DNA from: Cyanophora paradoxa CCMP329
Taxonomy: Eukaryota > Plantae > Glaucophyta
Length of the DNA: 64,000 nucleotides
Reading direction: 5' to 3'
Assembly (NCBI GenBank): GCA_004431415.1
Contig: QPMI01000642.1
Span: forward strand, 62,001 to 126,000
The notes beneath the pieces are model-generated. The model ran no database searches. It was not told the DNA's origin and worked only from the letters and a program-made list of their open reading frames with translations. Of the stretch, positions 50,201 to 61,886 are shown one piece after another. Each line of letters starts with the position of its first letter. Within the stretch, counting starts at the first letter, position 1. The position numbers were made by a program, and so were the translations under genes.

Positions 50201-53065
50201 ACCGCGCCTCCACTTCTTCGGCCTCGACTGCCGTCTTGCCTCCGACGGATCCGGATCGGGAACGAGCTGCAGCCCCTCACCTCCCAGTCTGCAGCTGCCT
50301 CTCGGCTTGCGCATGCGGATTTGCGAGTCCCGATCGGGAATCGGACGACGAAGGAGATCGAGACCTTGACGGTCGACTTTCCGACGAACCGCGGCAACGT
50401 TAACGCGCCTGCGAGAAGCAGCTTCCACTGAGCCTCGCCGGGGCAGCTCGAGCTCGAGCTCGACGTTACACTGCAGCTGGTACATGCCACAGTGCGATCG
50501 GCGCTCCGCATCCGGATTCGAGCTCTTCCGCGGCTTCCAGGACCGTCGGGCTTCATCGAAGATCTAGGTGCGTTCACTGGAAGCGCGATCGCGAGATACA
50601 CATTTTCGAATGTTATTGTTCACGCACGCACGCTGATAGCACGTCTTGTGATGTCCCTTGCATTAATTGCACGGCCCGGCGGCAGGCTTGCAGACAATCC
50701 ACAAGTTCACGTCTTCTAATCGATCCCCGTTCGGAAGATATCATCGATCGGTACAAGGATTCAGTCCGGCGAAAGAACGTCCTGCAGCTGTGCGACCACG
50801 AGACACAGACACGGGGCAATCGGTGTCACACATTAAGCTGCCAGCCTGGCAGGCTGTGACAGCTTCGTCGGTCCAGGACTCATGATCAGCCGTCGTTGAT
50901 CATGAGCCCTCGACGGCTCCAAAGACCCTTCGCACGATTGCTCCGCGTCGACGTCGGCATGTGCATCCGCTCAGCAGCTCTGGCATGAATTATAGTGCGG
51001 AACTTTGCTTAAGCCTGTTCTAATCATAATCACGCCGTGACGCTGCCTTCACCGCACCACAACCATTAACATATTTGGTCAGGAAACTCGATGACTATAG
51101 CTACATTTCATTTCCGGGATCCCCTTCCGACGAAGCGATCGTGCCTCCGATTATATTCACCGATGCTTGCCATTGAAGACTGGTAAATATATGCTTGCCA
51201 TGCATGCTAGCTTGTAAGGCAGCCGCAATCTGACAGTTATATGTGCACGTAGACGATGCGATCGATTCGACACGCGACCCGCGGTCTCCAGTGCCCCATA
51301 GACATGCATATGCATCGCAGTTTGAAGCTTGCCACTTCAAGGCTTGAGAATAGAAAGGCCAGGAGGCTCGCCGGCATACCCTTCGAGTTCGTCTACGTAC
51401 GTAGATCTACAAATACATTGTTGGCTGATTAAGCGCAAACACATGGATGCATATGGCTGATTAAGCACTATTCTTCTCTCGCCGGGACGTCGACGTCAAC
51501 AGGCCGATAGGGCGGGAGCTTAGCTTCGGGCCGCCGGGCTCCAGCGCAGTATACGTAAAGTCCGGCAGCGCCTCCCGCGCCCGCCCCTCTGCACGCGCCT
51601 GTGTGCCGGCGCCGGCGCCGGCGCGCCCAAGTCAAGACGAGGTTAGACCCCAGAGCGCTGAATCCTAGCGGCGGCGCCGCGGCGCCGGCAGGCTCAGGGA
51701 GAGTTAAATCAGGAGATCTAGACTTTCTATGGTTTACTTTTAATTTAATGCTTATGAATGCTAACGACCAGCATCGCCACCGTAGTACTAGCTATAGGCT
51801 AGTAGGCCTAGTTAAGCGCTAGCTAGCAGGGCGCCACACTTCGCAGTGATTCGAATTCGCGAACTCCAGCGCCAGGGTGGGAGCCCTAGCGCCAGCGCCA
51901 GCTGCAGCATGCGCACCCGGAGGGCAGCGAGGGCGGCCGCCCTGCCCTCGGGCCCCCGCGCCTCGTCCAGCGCCGCCTGCGCATGCGCATGGGCAGCGGG
52001 CTTTAACGTTCGTGGCCATGGCCAGACCTGCAGGTTTGAGGCTCAGGGCAGACCTCGAGGTAGGCGCCGAGGTGCGCGAACTGCATGGCGACGACCCGCG
52101 CCGCGGCCGCCGCGTGGTCGATCGAGCTCGGGCCGGGGCCGGGGCCGGCCACCCCCAGCAGAGCCTGCGGGGCCGGTTGCAATCACGATATCGATGAAGC
52201 GATCAGAGTTTTATCCGGATCCAGAGGCACGTTATATTATTGCAAGGGGGGACGAAGACCGTCGGACCGAAGGGCTTCTCCCAGCTTGCAAGTTGCCTCC
52301 CGTTCCCTCGCTTCAGCCAAAATTTTCTATGAGGCCGTTTGCGAGGTCCAGTATGCAACAAAAATGAGGCTTATTCGCGTTCCGATTGGCTCGGTGGACC
52401 GGTCAGCCTTCGACTTTCGAGCGTCAAACTCGAGCTCGCGAGAGCTTTCTCGAACTCGCGAAAAGTGGTTTTCGAGGGGAAAACCAACTTTTCTCTCATA
52501 CTAAGTTATAACTTATTACTTATGACGCATGCGGACACCCGTAAAAAAACTCAGTTCTCACGGAACGGCCGAGCCAAAAATCTTCGGTAACTTGATTGAG
52601 GTCAGAAAACTTACCTAAGGGTTGTGTCAACGCATATGAGAACACAGTGTGGTATACGGTATATAATTATATATAACACCAGATTAAGGAACTGAAATTT
52701 TTACTTTCCGCGTTAATATTAGGTACCGCGCTTATTCTCGAAATCCACTGCGAGAACGCCAGATACATTACCCCCAAGTGAAACTAAATTCAAAATGTCA
52801 GCGCGTTAATTTAATAAAAAAACGGCAATTTTGATTTTGCCCCCCCCCGCGGATCGATATCGATCGATCGAAGATCAGTTTAGGTTTTAAAGAAATTTTC
52901 ATGCATGAAGTTCGCAGTCGCAGTGCCTACGCGCGTTCCACGCGCGTGCCGCGCGCGCGCGTCACGGCGTACGTACCGGTACGGACCGGGTCGGACCCGG
53001 GACCCGTACGGTTACTACGGTACGTGCCACGGTGCGCCGCCACGGACCACGGTGCGCGTCGTGAC

Positions 53066-53561
53066 TAGAGCTGTGCTCCCTGGGGGGGGCCGGGCCCAGC
53101 GGCCGCTGAAGCCCGGCGAGCGGCGCCTGTCGCTGGCCCGTCGCTGAGCTGGGGGTACCGCCAAAACCTGAAGAAAAACTGCTGAAAACCGACCGAAAAC
53201 CTATCTGTTCCGTTTAGTTCATTTCGTACAAGCTTTTAAGACGCAAATGCAGATTTAATGCTTGGTTCCGCGAGCCATGCGTCAATTTCTGCGGGATAGA
53301 GGCCAGCTGCAGGCTGCTTTTGGGCGAAGCGGAGCGCCTGGATGCTCGAAAACAGTCGAAATTTAGCAAGATTGCTCGGCCACGCCGAGTCGTCGCCGAC
53401 CTACGTCGACCATCAGATGAGAAAAAAGCGGGATGGAGCTTTTTTTGGCGCCTGTCAGCCATAAAAAACGCTGAGCGAGGAGGCGTCGCTGGCGGAAAAC
53501 GCCAAGCGTAGCGGCCGCTGGAACCTCGCGAGCGAAGCGACAACCAGCGACCACAGCCCTA
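53066..53561 (+). mobile_element. hAT-type MITE, right copy (496 bp)
   Basis: Same TIRs. Differs from the left copy by about 8 substitutions and a 10-bp indel (by eye). Flanks are GTCGTGAC (left) and GTGCTCAT (right). Confidence 0.92.
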
Positions 53562-53720
53562 GTGCTCATACGTCGCGCACGTCAGCTATAGTCAAGGCAC
53601 TGGCCCGGCCCGATCATTTCGAATTCTGCAATTCGATTTCCTACGGATAGACGCTCGTGACTTGCAGCGCGTTGATATCGATATCGATCGACAAATAGCA
53701 GTACTAGTGCACCGGTCGAT

Positions 53721-56103
53721 ATGGGCGGCACATCGTCGAAGATCTCATCGTGGAGGGACGAGGCTTCTTGCGTGGCGAAGGAAACCCCGTTGTACTCTTT
53801 AAAGGTAGCGCGGTACGCAGTGGAGAGCGACTTGCTGAATGCTTGCTTGGCAAAGGGCGCAACGTTCGCAAGCGCCAGCGGCGACACCACCTTGCCTTGC
53901 ACACAGTGGTCCGCAACCGGCCGCCGCCTCGTGACGCCCGCGGCCTCCTCACGCGCACGCCGCCTCCCGCGTAGCCCGGCGGTGACGAAAGTGGAGACTT
54001 TCAGCGCACCGGACTGCAGCGGCACGTCCCTCTTCACCGCAACGTACAAGGGGGAAGCGCTCTCGGACCAGGACCTCTTCACCTCGTGCGGCCGCGGGGC
54101 CGCCCTCGGCAAAGTGGGCACCGCGTACTACAAGGCGGCAGCGGGCGACATGGGCGGCACTGAGGCCGCCTGCACCAAGTGGTGCGCCCGCCGCCGCGCC
54201 CCGGCCCGGCACCGGCGGCCGGCGCCCTGGGGGGCCGCGCGCGGCGCGCGCGAGGCCGACGCGCGGCAGCCCGCCGGTGACGGGCGTCTTTACGTACACC
54301 GACGGCGGCTGCACGAACAAAGGGCCCGCCTCGTACTACTACGGGGCCCTCGCGAAGGGCGCCCCCGCGCTCTCCGCCGACGAGGCCTGCGACGCGAAGG
54401 GCGCCCTCGCCTTCTCCGCCAAGGCCTTCGCCGGCGAGAGCGCCACCCCGATCGTCGGCTGTACCCCCTGGTTCCCGGACCCCGGTCCCCCCGGTCGACG
54501 TCGCGGGGCGTCCCCCCTTACCGCGGCGCGCGCAGCCCGGCGCGGAGCATCGTGCGGGCGTACCCGAGCGGAAACTGCACGGCGGGGGCGCGGGACGCGG
54601 TGCAGGCCGCGAAGGATGCGCGGCTGTCGGCGCTCCTGGAGAAGAGCCTCGGGATGAGGGGGCTGGAGGAGGTGCGGGTCGCGCAGGACGCGGCCCTCCA
54701 AATGGCGCGCATCGTCGCGGCGTACGGGGGCGTGGAGGCGCTGCAGCAGGCGAGGGGCGCCGCCGTGTCCAAGCCCGAGGGCAGGACCGCCGCAGACGAG
54801 GCCGCGATCAAGGCCTACGACGACTTCACAGCCGCGGTGCGCCCGGGCCGGCGGGGCGGCCCTTGGGCGGGGGCGGCCCGCCGCGGCGCTGACTCGCGCG
54901 GCGCGGCGCGGCGGGGCGGGCGGGGGCAGTCCGTGCGGCACGAGGGCTTGACGGGCGGCCTGACGGAGGCGGAGGTGGACGAGGCTTTCCGGCTGGCGCT
55001 GGACGTGGTGGACGACCCGTACTACGTGAGCGCGACGGAGCGGGTCGTGGACGGGAAGCCGGCCGCCGTCCTCGCCGCCGTGAAGGAGCTCTGCGAGGGC
55101 GGCTTCAAGTACTTCCTCGGCTGGCGCGACGGCGACTCCTCTGCCCTCTCCAACGCCCTCTACGACACCGACACCCCCTTCGACGCCACTTTCTCCGTCG
55201 CCAAAGGCACCGACCTCGGCCAGGAGATGGAGTGCAGCCCGTGGTGCGTGCCGCCCGCGCCCCGCGCCCGCGCCCGCGCCCGCGCTGAGCCGCGCCGGTC
55301 GCTGCAGCCGCACGCACAAGAAGACGGTGGAATGCATCCGCAACGGCACGAAGGTGTTCGATGCGCAATCGGCAGACGAGTGCGCACTCCCGCCCCCCCC
55401 CCCCCCCCCCCCACCCCACCCCACCCCCCCCACCCCCCCCCTCCCCTCCCCCCTTACATCCCCCTCCCCCTCTCCTCCTCCTCCCTCGCCTCCCCTCGTA
55501 TCCCCCCGCGCCCTGGCCGGGTCCGACTCGCGGCGCGCAGGTGCAGGAGCCTGTACGATGGCGTGGATGAGAACGAAGCGTATTTCTCGGGTTTGGAGGT
55601 CGAATCCCTTACCGTGCGTGCACGCGCCTCGCGCGCCCAGTTATAGGACCGGACCGAGCCGCGGCGGCGGCGGCGTCCGACCGGCGGCTGGGGTGGGGGC
55701 AGATCGAAACCGTCTGCACGCCCTGGGGCGGCTGCGAGGAGTTTAGGGAGCAGTTGTGGGTTTTGCCGCCCTGGCTCGGCCAGATCTCGCGCGTGGACGA
55801 AGCGAGGCAGGTGCGCACGCGCGGCCGGCGCGATCGCGAGCTGGCGCCGCGCCGTGCGCCCCGGCCCGACGCGGCGCGCGGGCCCCGCAGGAGGCGGAGG
55901 GGGGGAGGAGCTGGAGGCCGGCCTCGAGCTGGAGGAGGCCGTCCTCGCCGCCGACCTCCAGCTCGCCGCCTGCTGCGCCCCGGTGCGCCCCCGCCCCCGC
56001 CCCCGCCCCCGCCCCCGAGTCGCCCCCGCTGTGCGGGCGAGCCGCGTCCCCTCCCCCCGGCGCCCAGGACGCGGAGCTGGCGGAGGGGTTGCTCCCGCAG
56101 TGA
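53721..56103 (+). CDS. Uncharacterised protein with ~5 Cys-containing ~60-aa repeats and a possible N-myristoylation motif, multi-exon
   Basis: Starts MGGTSS. Repeats end LPCTQW, AACTKx, VGCTPW, MECSPx, TVCTPW. The last exons need a 1-nt shift in a G7 run near 55899-55905, probably a homopolymer error. Confidence 0.6.
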
Positions 56104-56501
56104 GCCGCCCGCAGCGGAGGGGCCGCGGACCTCGGGGAGCGGAGGGGGGCTGGAGGCAGCCACGCATCCTGCGCCGTTTCACGCGAGCTAGGCTGCCAGG
56201 ATTGCCTTCTGATCGGTTGCGAGTCACGCGGGTCCTGGTTGTAAATGCGCTGAATTGTTCAATTATCCGGCGCCCAGCTATCCTTTAAACTCCTAAGATC
56301 TAGATGTAGCCCCTCGGGACCTTCAGCTGTCCACCTCCTCCCAGCCCCGATGGCCGGCGCCACGCCCCCGGCTCCGGATCCTCCAGCTAAACATTGATCA
56401 AACTGCACATATCCTAGCACTAGCTACAAAGCGCTCTGCCGTATTATACACCAGACATTCGCATCCGGGGCTGGGGCTGCATACGCAGCCCAGCACTCCG
56501 C

Positions 56502-57796
56502 CTAGCTCGTCGAGAGATTCGGGGGCGCCTCGCCCGGGGGGTACCGAAGCCGCTTGTACAGTCCCTCTATCCGCAGGAGGCGAGTCCACCATGGCCGCCT
56601 GGAATCGTCCACATACCCCAGCTTCGCGTACACCGCCTTCGCCGTCGCGTTGCTCGACTCCACTGCGGCCCGACGGAAGGGAAGGATCGACGGGGCGGAG
56701 GGGTACGCGGTCGCGGAGGAGGGTGGGGCCTGGCACCGTGGAGGTACAGCGAATCGATGTCGGGGTCCCGCAGGCCCACCTCCTCGCAGAAGCGCATCAG
56801 CCTGCCGGCCGCCGCTCGGCCCCGGGTGGGAGGGGCCGCGCGGGTGCGAGCTCGAGGGGGGACGGGTACCGCGTGCCGACGCCGCGGCGGCGGACGTCGC
56901 CGCGGACGGCGAGGCAGGAGATGTACAGCGAGTTTCCGCAGACGTGCGCGGCCGGCGGCACCTGCGGGCCACGAACGGCCGGCCCCGTCGGCCCCGCGCG
57001 CGCCGGTGCGGTTCGGGGGCGGCGGGGCGGACCCAGGAGGAGCGCTCTGTGATGTCGACGCAGCCGAGGACGTCGCCCGTCCGCTCGTCCTCCGCCACGA
57101 ACACGTGCTCGATCGTCGAGTCGAACCTGCGTGCGCGGGCGCGCTTCAGCGGGGCGGCCGGGCGCGCCCCGAGAGCGAGCGCGCGCGCCTGTCGATGACG
57201 TCGAGGCTGGTGAAGAAGCCGACGTAGCCGCTCCTCCACGAGCCCGGCGGGGCGGAGAAGAAGCACTCGGCGTGGAGCGCCGATAGTGCGGCCAGGTCCC
57301 AGATCGTCGCCAGGCGGACGCGGATGCCGCCCTCCACGCTCGAGCACTGTTCGATGGGCTTTGGCGGCGGCGGCCGCAGCATCGAGCGGTCTATGCGCTC
57401 CAGCCGGGTGAGCCGCGGGCTGATCTTGAACGCTTCGTCCGAGCGAGCAGGCCGCAGGTCGTTCGGCGCCGACGCCTGCTCGCAGGAGACCTCGAAGTCG
57501 TTCCCAGGACGGGAGGAGCGCATCCTCTGCCCAGCTGGAGCCGCCGACTCGCCGCGCCGCCAGCGGCCGAACGTCCTTGGCTCGGAAGCCCAGCCCCAGC
57601 CGTGCGTGCCGCTAGATGGCACGGCATCATCTGCTCGCGGCCTCAATGGCTGCCGAGGGCCGACAGCCGCGCCGCGCGCAGACGTCGGTGCGCCGGCGGC
57701 CGCTTGGCATGTTCTCGCTCTCGCATCCCCGTCATGCTGCGGCGCTCGCGAGCAACTGGGCGTAGGCGGCAGGGAACCTACGAAGGCGCAGCTCAT
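56502..57796 (-). CDS. RimI-like GNAT acetyltransferase with a putative plastid transit peptide
   Basis: IRVRLATIWDLAALSALHAECF..VFVAEDE..VLGCVDI..LYISCLAVRGDVRRRGVGT|RLM..LYLH|VESSNATAKAVYAKLGY. N-terminus MSCAFVGSLPP is S/R/P-rich. Confidence 0.85.
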
Positions 57797-57957
57797 TGTT
57801 CCCGGTCGCCTCTACCCCCCCACCAGGCAGGTTTCTGTAGCGACGGCAGTTCATCACGAGCTCCACTTGCTCAGAACGTAGCCGAGGAGGTCGAGTCGTC
57901 TAGACAGCGACAGAAGCTACCCAATCAGTCCGCACGTGGACCGCAATCGACGCAAAC

Positions 57958-58619
57958 ATGCCATTCTTCGCTTTCTCTGATTCCGCCGTCGGCCTCGGCC
58001 TTATCAGCGTCTCGTGCGTGCCAGCGTTCCTCCGTTGGCGCGGCGCGCGGCGCTTGTTATTGGCGCCGCTTACCTCGCTTGGCGACAGCGCCGGTCTTCT
58101 CGGCATGCTTGCGATGGGCGGCAAGAAGGTTGGCGGCGAGATCAACAACGTGCGCGCCGCCGCGTCCCCGGCCCGCTCAACCTTATCCCATCCCTCCCCT
58201 CACGTGCATCGCGCAACGTCGGCGCAGAAATCCCGCGTCTGCCTGCAGTGCAAGGCAAGCTCTTAGACTCTATTGCGCGTTGCTTGTTATAGAACGCAGA
58301 GCGGCGCAGGGCAAGAAATTCGTTCTCATGCCTTGCAAGTGCTGCCAGGCCACGTGCGTTCTGTCGCGCGCGCGGCTCGACTGCTCTCTCACGTCGACCC
58401 GTGCAGTGGCTACGTCACGCGCGTCGTCGCGGGCCAGGAGACGAAGCGTCGGTGCATACAGCGCACCGCGCCCCACCCCCAGCTCCCGTAACGAGTTCTC
58501 TGCCCACCAGGTGCCCCGAGTGCGACGGAGAGAAGGGCTTCGCGCAGCCGTGCCCGATCTGCTCGAATGCCTCGCTGAAGAGCGGGGCGCCGGAGAAGGT
58601 CGGCGCTGGCGCCCGCTGA
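57958..58619 (+). CDS. Small DnaJ-type cysteine-rich zinc-finger protein without a J domain, with a hydrophobic N-terminus
   Basis: Spliced: CLQCK|GKK..CKCCQATG..R|CPECDGEKG..CPICSNA, i.e. four CxxC(xGxG-like) repeats. Confidence 0.72.
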
Positions 58620-59207
58620 GTTCGGCGCGGCGCGCCACTCTCCCTTTCTCCACGACTTTCTTGTGCCATCTTATTTTCGTTTGCGCTTTGTGGACTTTGC
58701 ATCAATAGGCAGACCTGTTGGCTGCCCGCAACGTAGGGCAGCCTGAACGGCTGCCCTGCTTAAGCTTTGGCAGTAGTCGCCCTCCAGGCTTTCTATCGCT
58801 GCAGCTGCGAGTTTTTCGGACAGTAGGAGCTCAGTCTGCTCCTTATGCTATGTTATCTTCTCCTCGATAATTGGTAGGTGTTAGGCGCCAGCGGTTGTGG
58901 GTAGCTCGGCAGCTCTGCGTGTAATCTAATAGAGAATACTTGCATCGGGATCGACAGACTGCGTGTGCAGCGTGGCAGGACTGCCTGGCAGTGCCTCATG
59001 ATCAGGGTCCAGGCCCTAGGACTCGCTGCGCCCCCAAGCACGCACGGTGCTTAGCTGGCGATGCGGCGGACGGCATAGACAGGGGCCGGCCTCAGAATTA
59101 ATATTGAAGGTGCGGGTCTCGAATTCGAATTCAAAATTAAAAACGACAGCAGCAAGGGCGTTCATGCAAGGCGGGGCCCGAGGGCGGATGCATACGATGG
59201 AAGCCGC

Positions 59208-60941
59208 CTACGCGGTGGGGGCGCCGTCGCGGACGCCCATCTTGGCGAGCTCCCTCTGGATCGCCCGGTACAGCGTCTGCGCCTGCGCCGGCCCGACCCC
59301 GCGCTCAACCCCCGCAAAGCCCCTCTCCCGCGGCTCCCTCACGCACCTGCTTGGGGTCGAGCTCGCTCTGGCGCGCGTTCTCCATGTTGATCGTCTCCCA
59401 GATGGGGAGGCCCTCGTACTTGGGGAGCACGTGGAAGTGCACCTGCGCGGATTCGACCCCGCGGCGCGGGGCGCGGGGCGCGTGGCGGGGCGCGGGGCGG
59501 GGCGCGGGGCGGACGTGGGGGATGGCGGCGTCGACCATGTTCTGGCCCTCGAGGTCGAGGACCTCGCAGGGGTAATCGGGGTGCACCTGCGTCTGCACCA
59601 GCACCTGGCACGTGTCCGAGTCCACCACCTTCGCCATCGCCGCCCCGATCTGCCCCCGCCCGCCCCCGATCGCACCGCGCGGGACGGAGCGGGGGGGCGG
59701 GGCGGGGCGGGGGGCGGGCCTGGGAGGCGACGTAGAAGACGGGCCCGGCGACGTCGTGCGAGAAGTTCTCCAGGCTCGTGCAGTGGTCCGTCGGGATCAC
59801 CAGCAGGTGCCTGCCCCCGCCCCCCGCGTCGGCCTCAGCCTCGGCCTCGGCGGCGGCGGCGGCGCGGGCGCTGGCCGCACCCCTTGCAGATCGGGCGCGG
59901 GTCAAGGAACACGGAGACGTCGGCGTTGCCGTAGATCTGGGGCGGGCGGGGAGGGTCGACCGCCGGGGGGTACGAGGCGCGAGGGCGGGCGGGGGCACCG
60001 CCATGCTGCCCTGGATGGAGAGAAGGTCCCCGGCGCGGGAGGCGAGACTGGCGGGGCGTCGGGACGGCTGCGGGAGCGGAGCGGGAGGGGGGTACGGCGC
60101 ACTTGACGGGGATCTCCTCGAGGACGCTCTTGCAGACGCGGCTCATCGCCAGGTTCTCCGCGTCGTCCAGGCCCACGCCTGTACCCCGGGCCGTCAGCCC
60201 CCGGGGTGCGGCGTTACGCGGGAGGGGTACCGCGGGAGAGGAGGTAGAAGATCATCTCCTCGGCGGCGGGCGTCAGGTAGTACCCCTCCTCCCAGGCCTG
60301 GGCCTTGCCCTGGAACGGGTTGCTCATCTGCGGCTGTGTGAGAGGGGCAAGGCCGATCGGGGCGCGGCGCGGCGCGGCGCGGCGGGCTGGGAGAGGCTGC
60401 GCGCCTTCTCCTTGGGGACGCGGTCGGCGGACTGGCAGAAGCAGCACTTGGCCATCGCCTCGCCGGTCATCTCGTCCTCGCCGACCTCGCGCTCGTTCTG
60501 CAGGTTCTTGAAGTACCACTTCGCCGCCCCGGCGAGCACCTCCACGTCGCCCGGCAGCCCTGCGCCGGCCCCGGGCCCCCTGATCAGCCGCCCGCGCCCC
60601 GCCGGCCCGCCGCCCGGCGCCAGCGGCGCACCGATGTCCTCGGGCTTGAGCGGCGGGAGGTGAGAGTTCGGCGATTCGTCCGTGGGCAGGCTGCACGACG
60701 CCTGCTGCCGCGCGAGGCGGAACTCGGCCGAAGGTGCGCGCGGCTCGAAGCGACGACCCAGGAACTTGCTCTCCAGCTGCACGCTGCGTTTGCCCCGCCC
60801 TTCCGAAGCACTGCCGGTGCGCTGTGCGCCGGCGGCGTGCGCGGGGCAGGTTCCGGCCGCTGGTGCACGAAGATCGGCGCTGGACGTCCGCGCGATGGTG
60901 AGGGTGCTTGGCTTCACGGCGATACCGATGAAGCCCGTCAT
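59208..60941 (-). CDS. HIT (histidine triad) family protein with a putative transit peptide
   Basis: IYGNADVSVFLDPRPICK|GGRHLLVIPTDH..AAIPH|VHFHVLPKY (HxHxHxx motif). N-terminus MTGFIGIAVKPSTL. Confidence 0.88.
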
Positions 60942-61160
60942 TGCTGCCCGGTGGAACGATCGATGCAATGCAGGCTGGATCGGCCGGGTAGCGATCTGTC
61001 ACTCGGGACGCGTGCGCTCAAGCGGCGCTGCTAGATCTCCTGATGCTCCTGGCGCCGACGAACGCAGTGAACGGGGCGCGGCGCCCGCCGAGAACTTCTA
61101 GACTGGCTGGAGACGGGTACACACACAAACTCGGTGGCGCTAGGCAAGCAGCGCCCTGCG

Positions 61161-61886
61161 ATGAACTCGGAGCTGATCAACCCGTCGCCGATCATCTACG
61201 AGCCGCAGCACGCGCGCCGGGAGCACGGGAGCGTCAGCCACGGCGACGACGAGGACCGCGATGAGATCGACGCGTGGGACATTTTCGATATCCTGCACTG
61301 CCGCTCACGCCATAGTCGCATGTCTTCCTCTCCCCGCGAACCGCCTTGACCCGCGCACATCTGATCCGCGACATCAACGACCCCGAGCACCCCCTGACGC
61401 TGGAACAGCTGAACGTCGTGGGGCCCGACCGCATCGACGTGAGCGATGCGAACAGCTACATCATGGTGCGCGGCGGCCGCGCGCCGATCTTGTGCCGCCC
61501 GCCTCCCGCTCACCCGCCGCAGGTGAAGTTCACGCCGACGGTGCCGCACTGCAGCATGGCGACGCTCATTGGCCTCTCCATGCGCGTCAAGCTCTTGCGC
61601 TGCCTTCCCTCGCGCTTCAAGGTCCGGCACATTCCGCCGCTCAGTCGTCGCGGCCGCGCGACGCGGCCTCCCCGCAGGTGGACATCAAGGTGTCCCCTGG
61701 CTCGCATGCGTCCGAGGCGGCCGGTGCGCCCTCCACCGCGCCGCCGCTCGCGCCTGCGCTCGCCGACGGCGCCGCGCGACAGTCAACAAGCAGCTGAACG
61801 ACAAGGAGCGGGTCGCCGCGGCGCTCGAGAACAGCCACCTCCTCGACGTCGTCAACCGCTGCTTGAAGAATCGCATGGAGCTGTAG
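61161..61886 (+). CDS. CIA2: Cytosolic Fe-S assembly component CIA2/MIP18/FAM96 (AE7-like)
   Basis: [85 protein letters not shown]. Confidence 0.96.
61288..61358 (+). other. U12-type AT-AC intron in CIA2
   Basis: Starts ATATCCTG, branch CCTTGAC at 61344-61350, ends GCAC. Removal restores DIFDLIRDIND. Confidence 0.92.

Larger units (their letters stand above)
43028..53561. mobile_element. Putative composite transposon (~10.5 kb): two direct MITE copies plus ~9.5 kb cargo, flanked by an 8-bp TSD GTGCTCAT
   Basis: GTGCTCAT at 43020-43027 immediately before the left copy and at 53562-53569 immediately after the right copy. The inner flanks (GTCCGAAC, GTCGTGAC) do not match each other. Confidence 0.8.

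Noticed and set aside
49954-51400. 149-aa ORF and a downstream IFTDA (RNase H-like) word
   Set aside because: Frames are interrupted by stops and no other RT or RNase H motifs were found; a product cannot be supported.
43028-53561. LTR retrotransposon interpretation of the 500-bp direct repeats
   Set aside because: The repeats have TIRs, lack TG...CA ends, have an 8-bp TSD, and no PBS, gag or pol was found inside.
43282-53569. Duplicate short ORFs (MSLRSRGSSG..., MVAGCRFARE...)
   Set aside because: They arise only from the two non-coding MITE copies.
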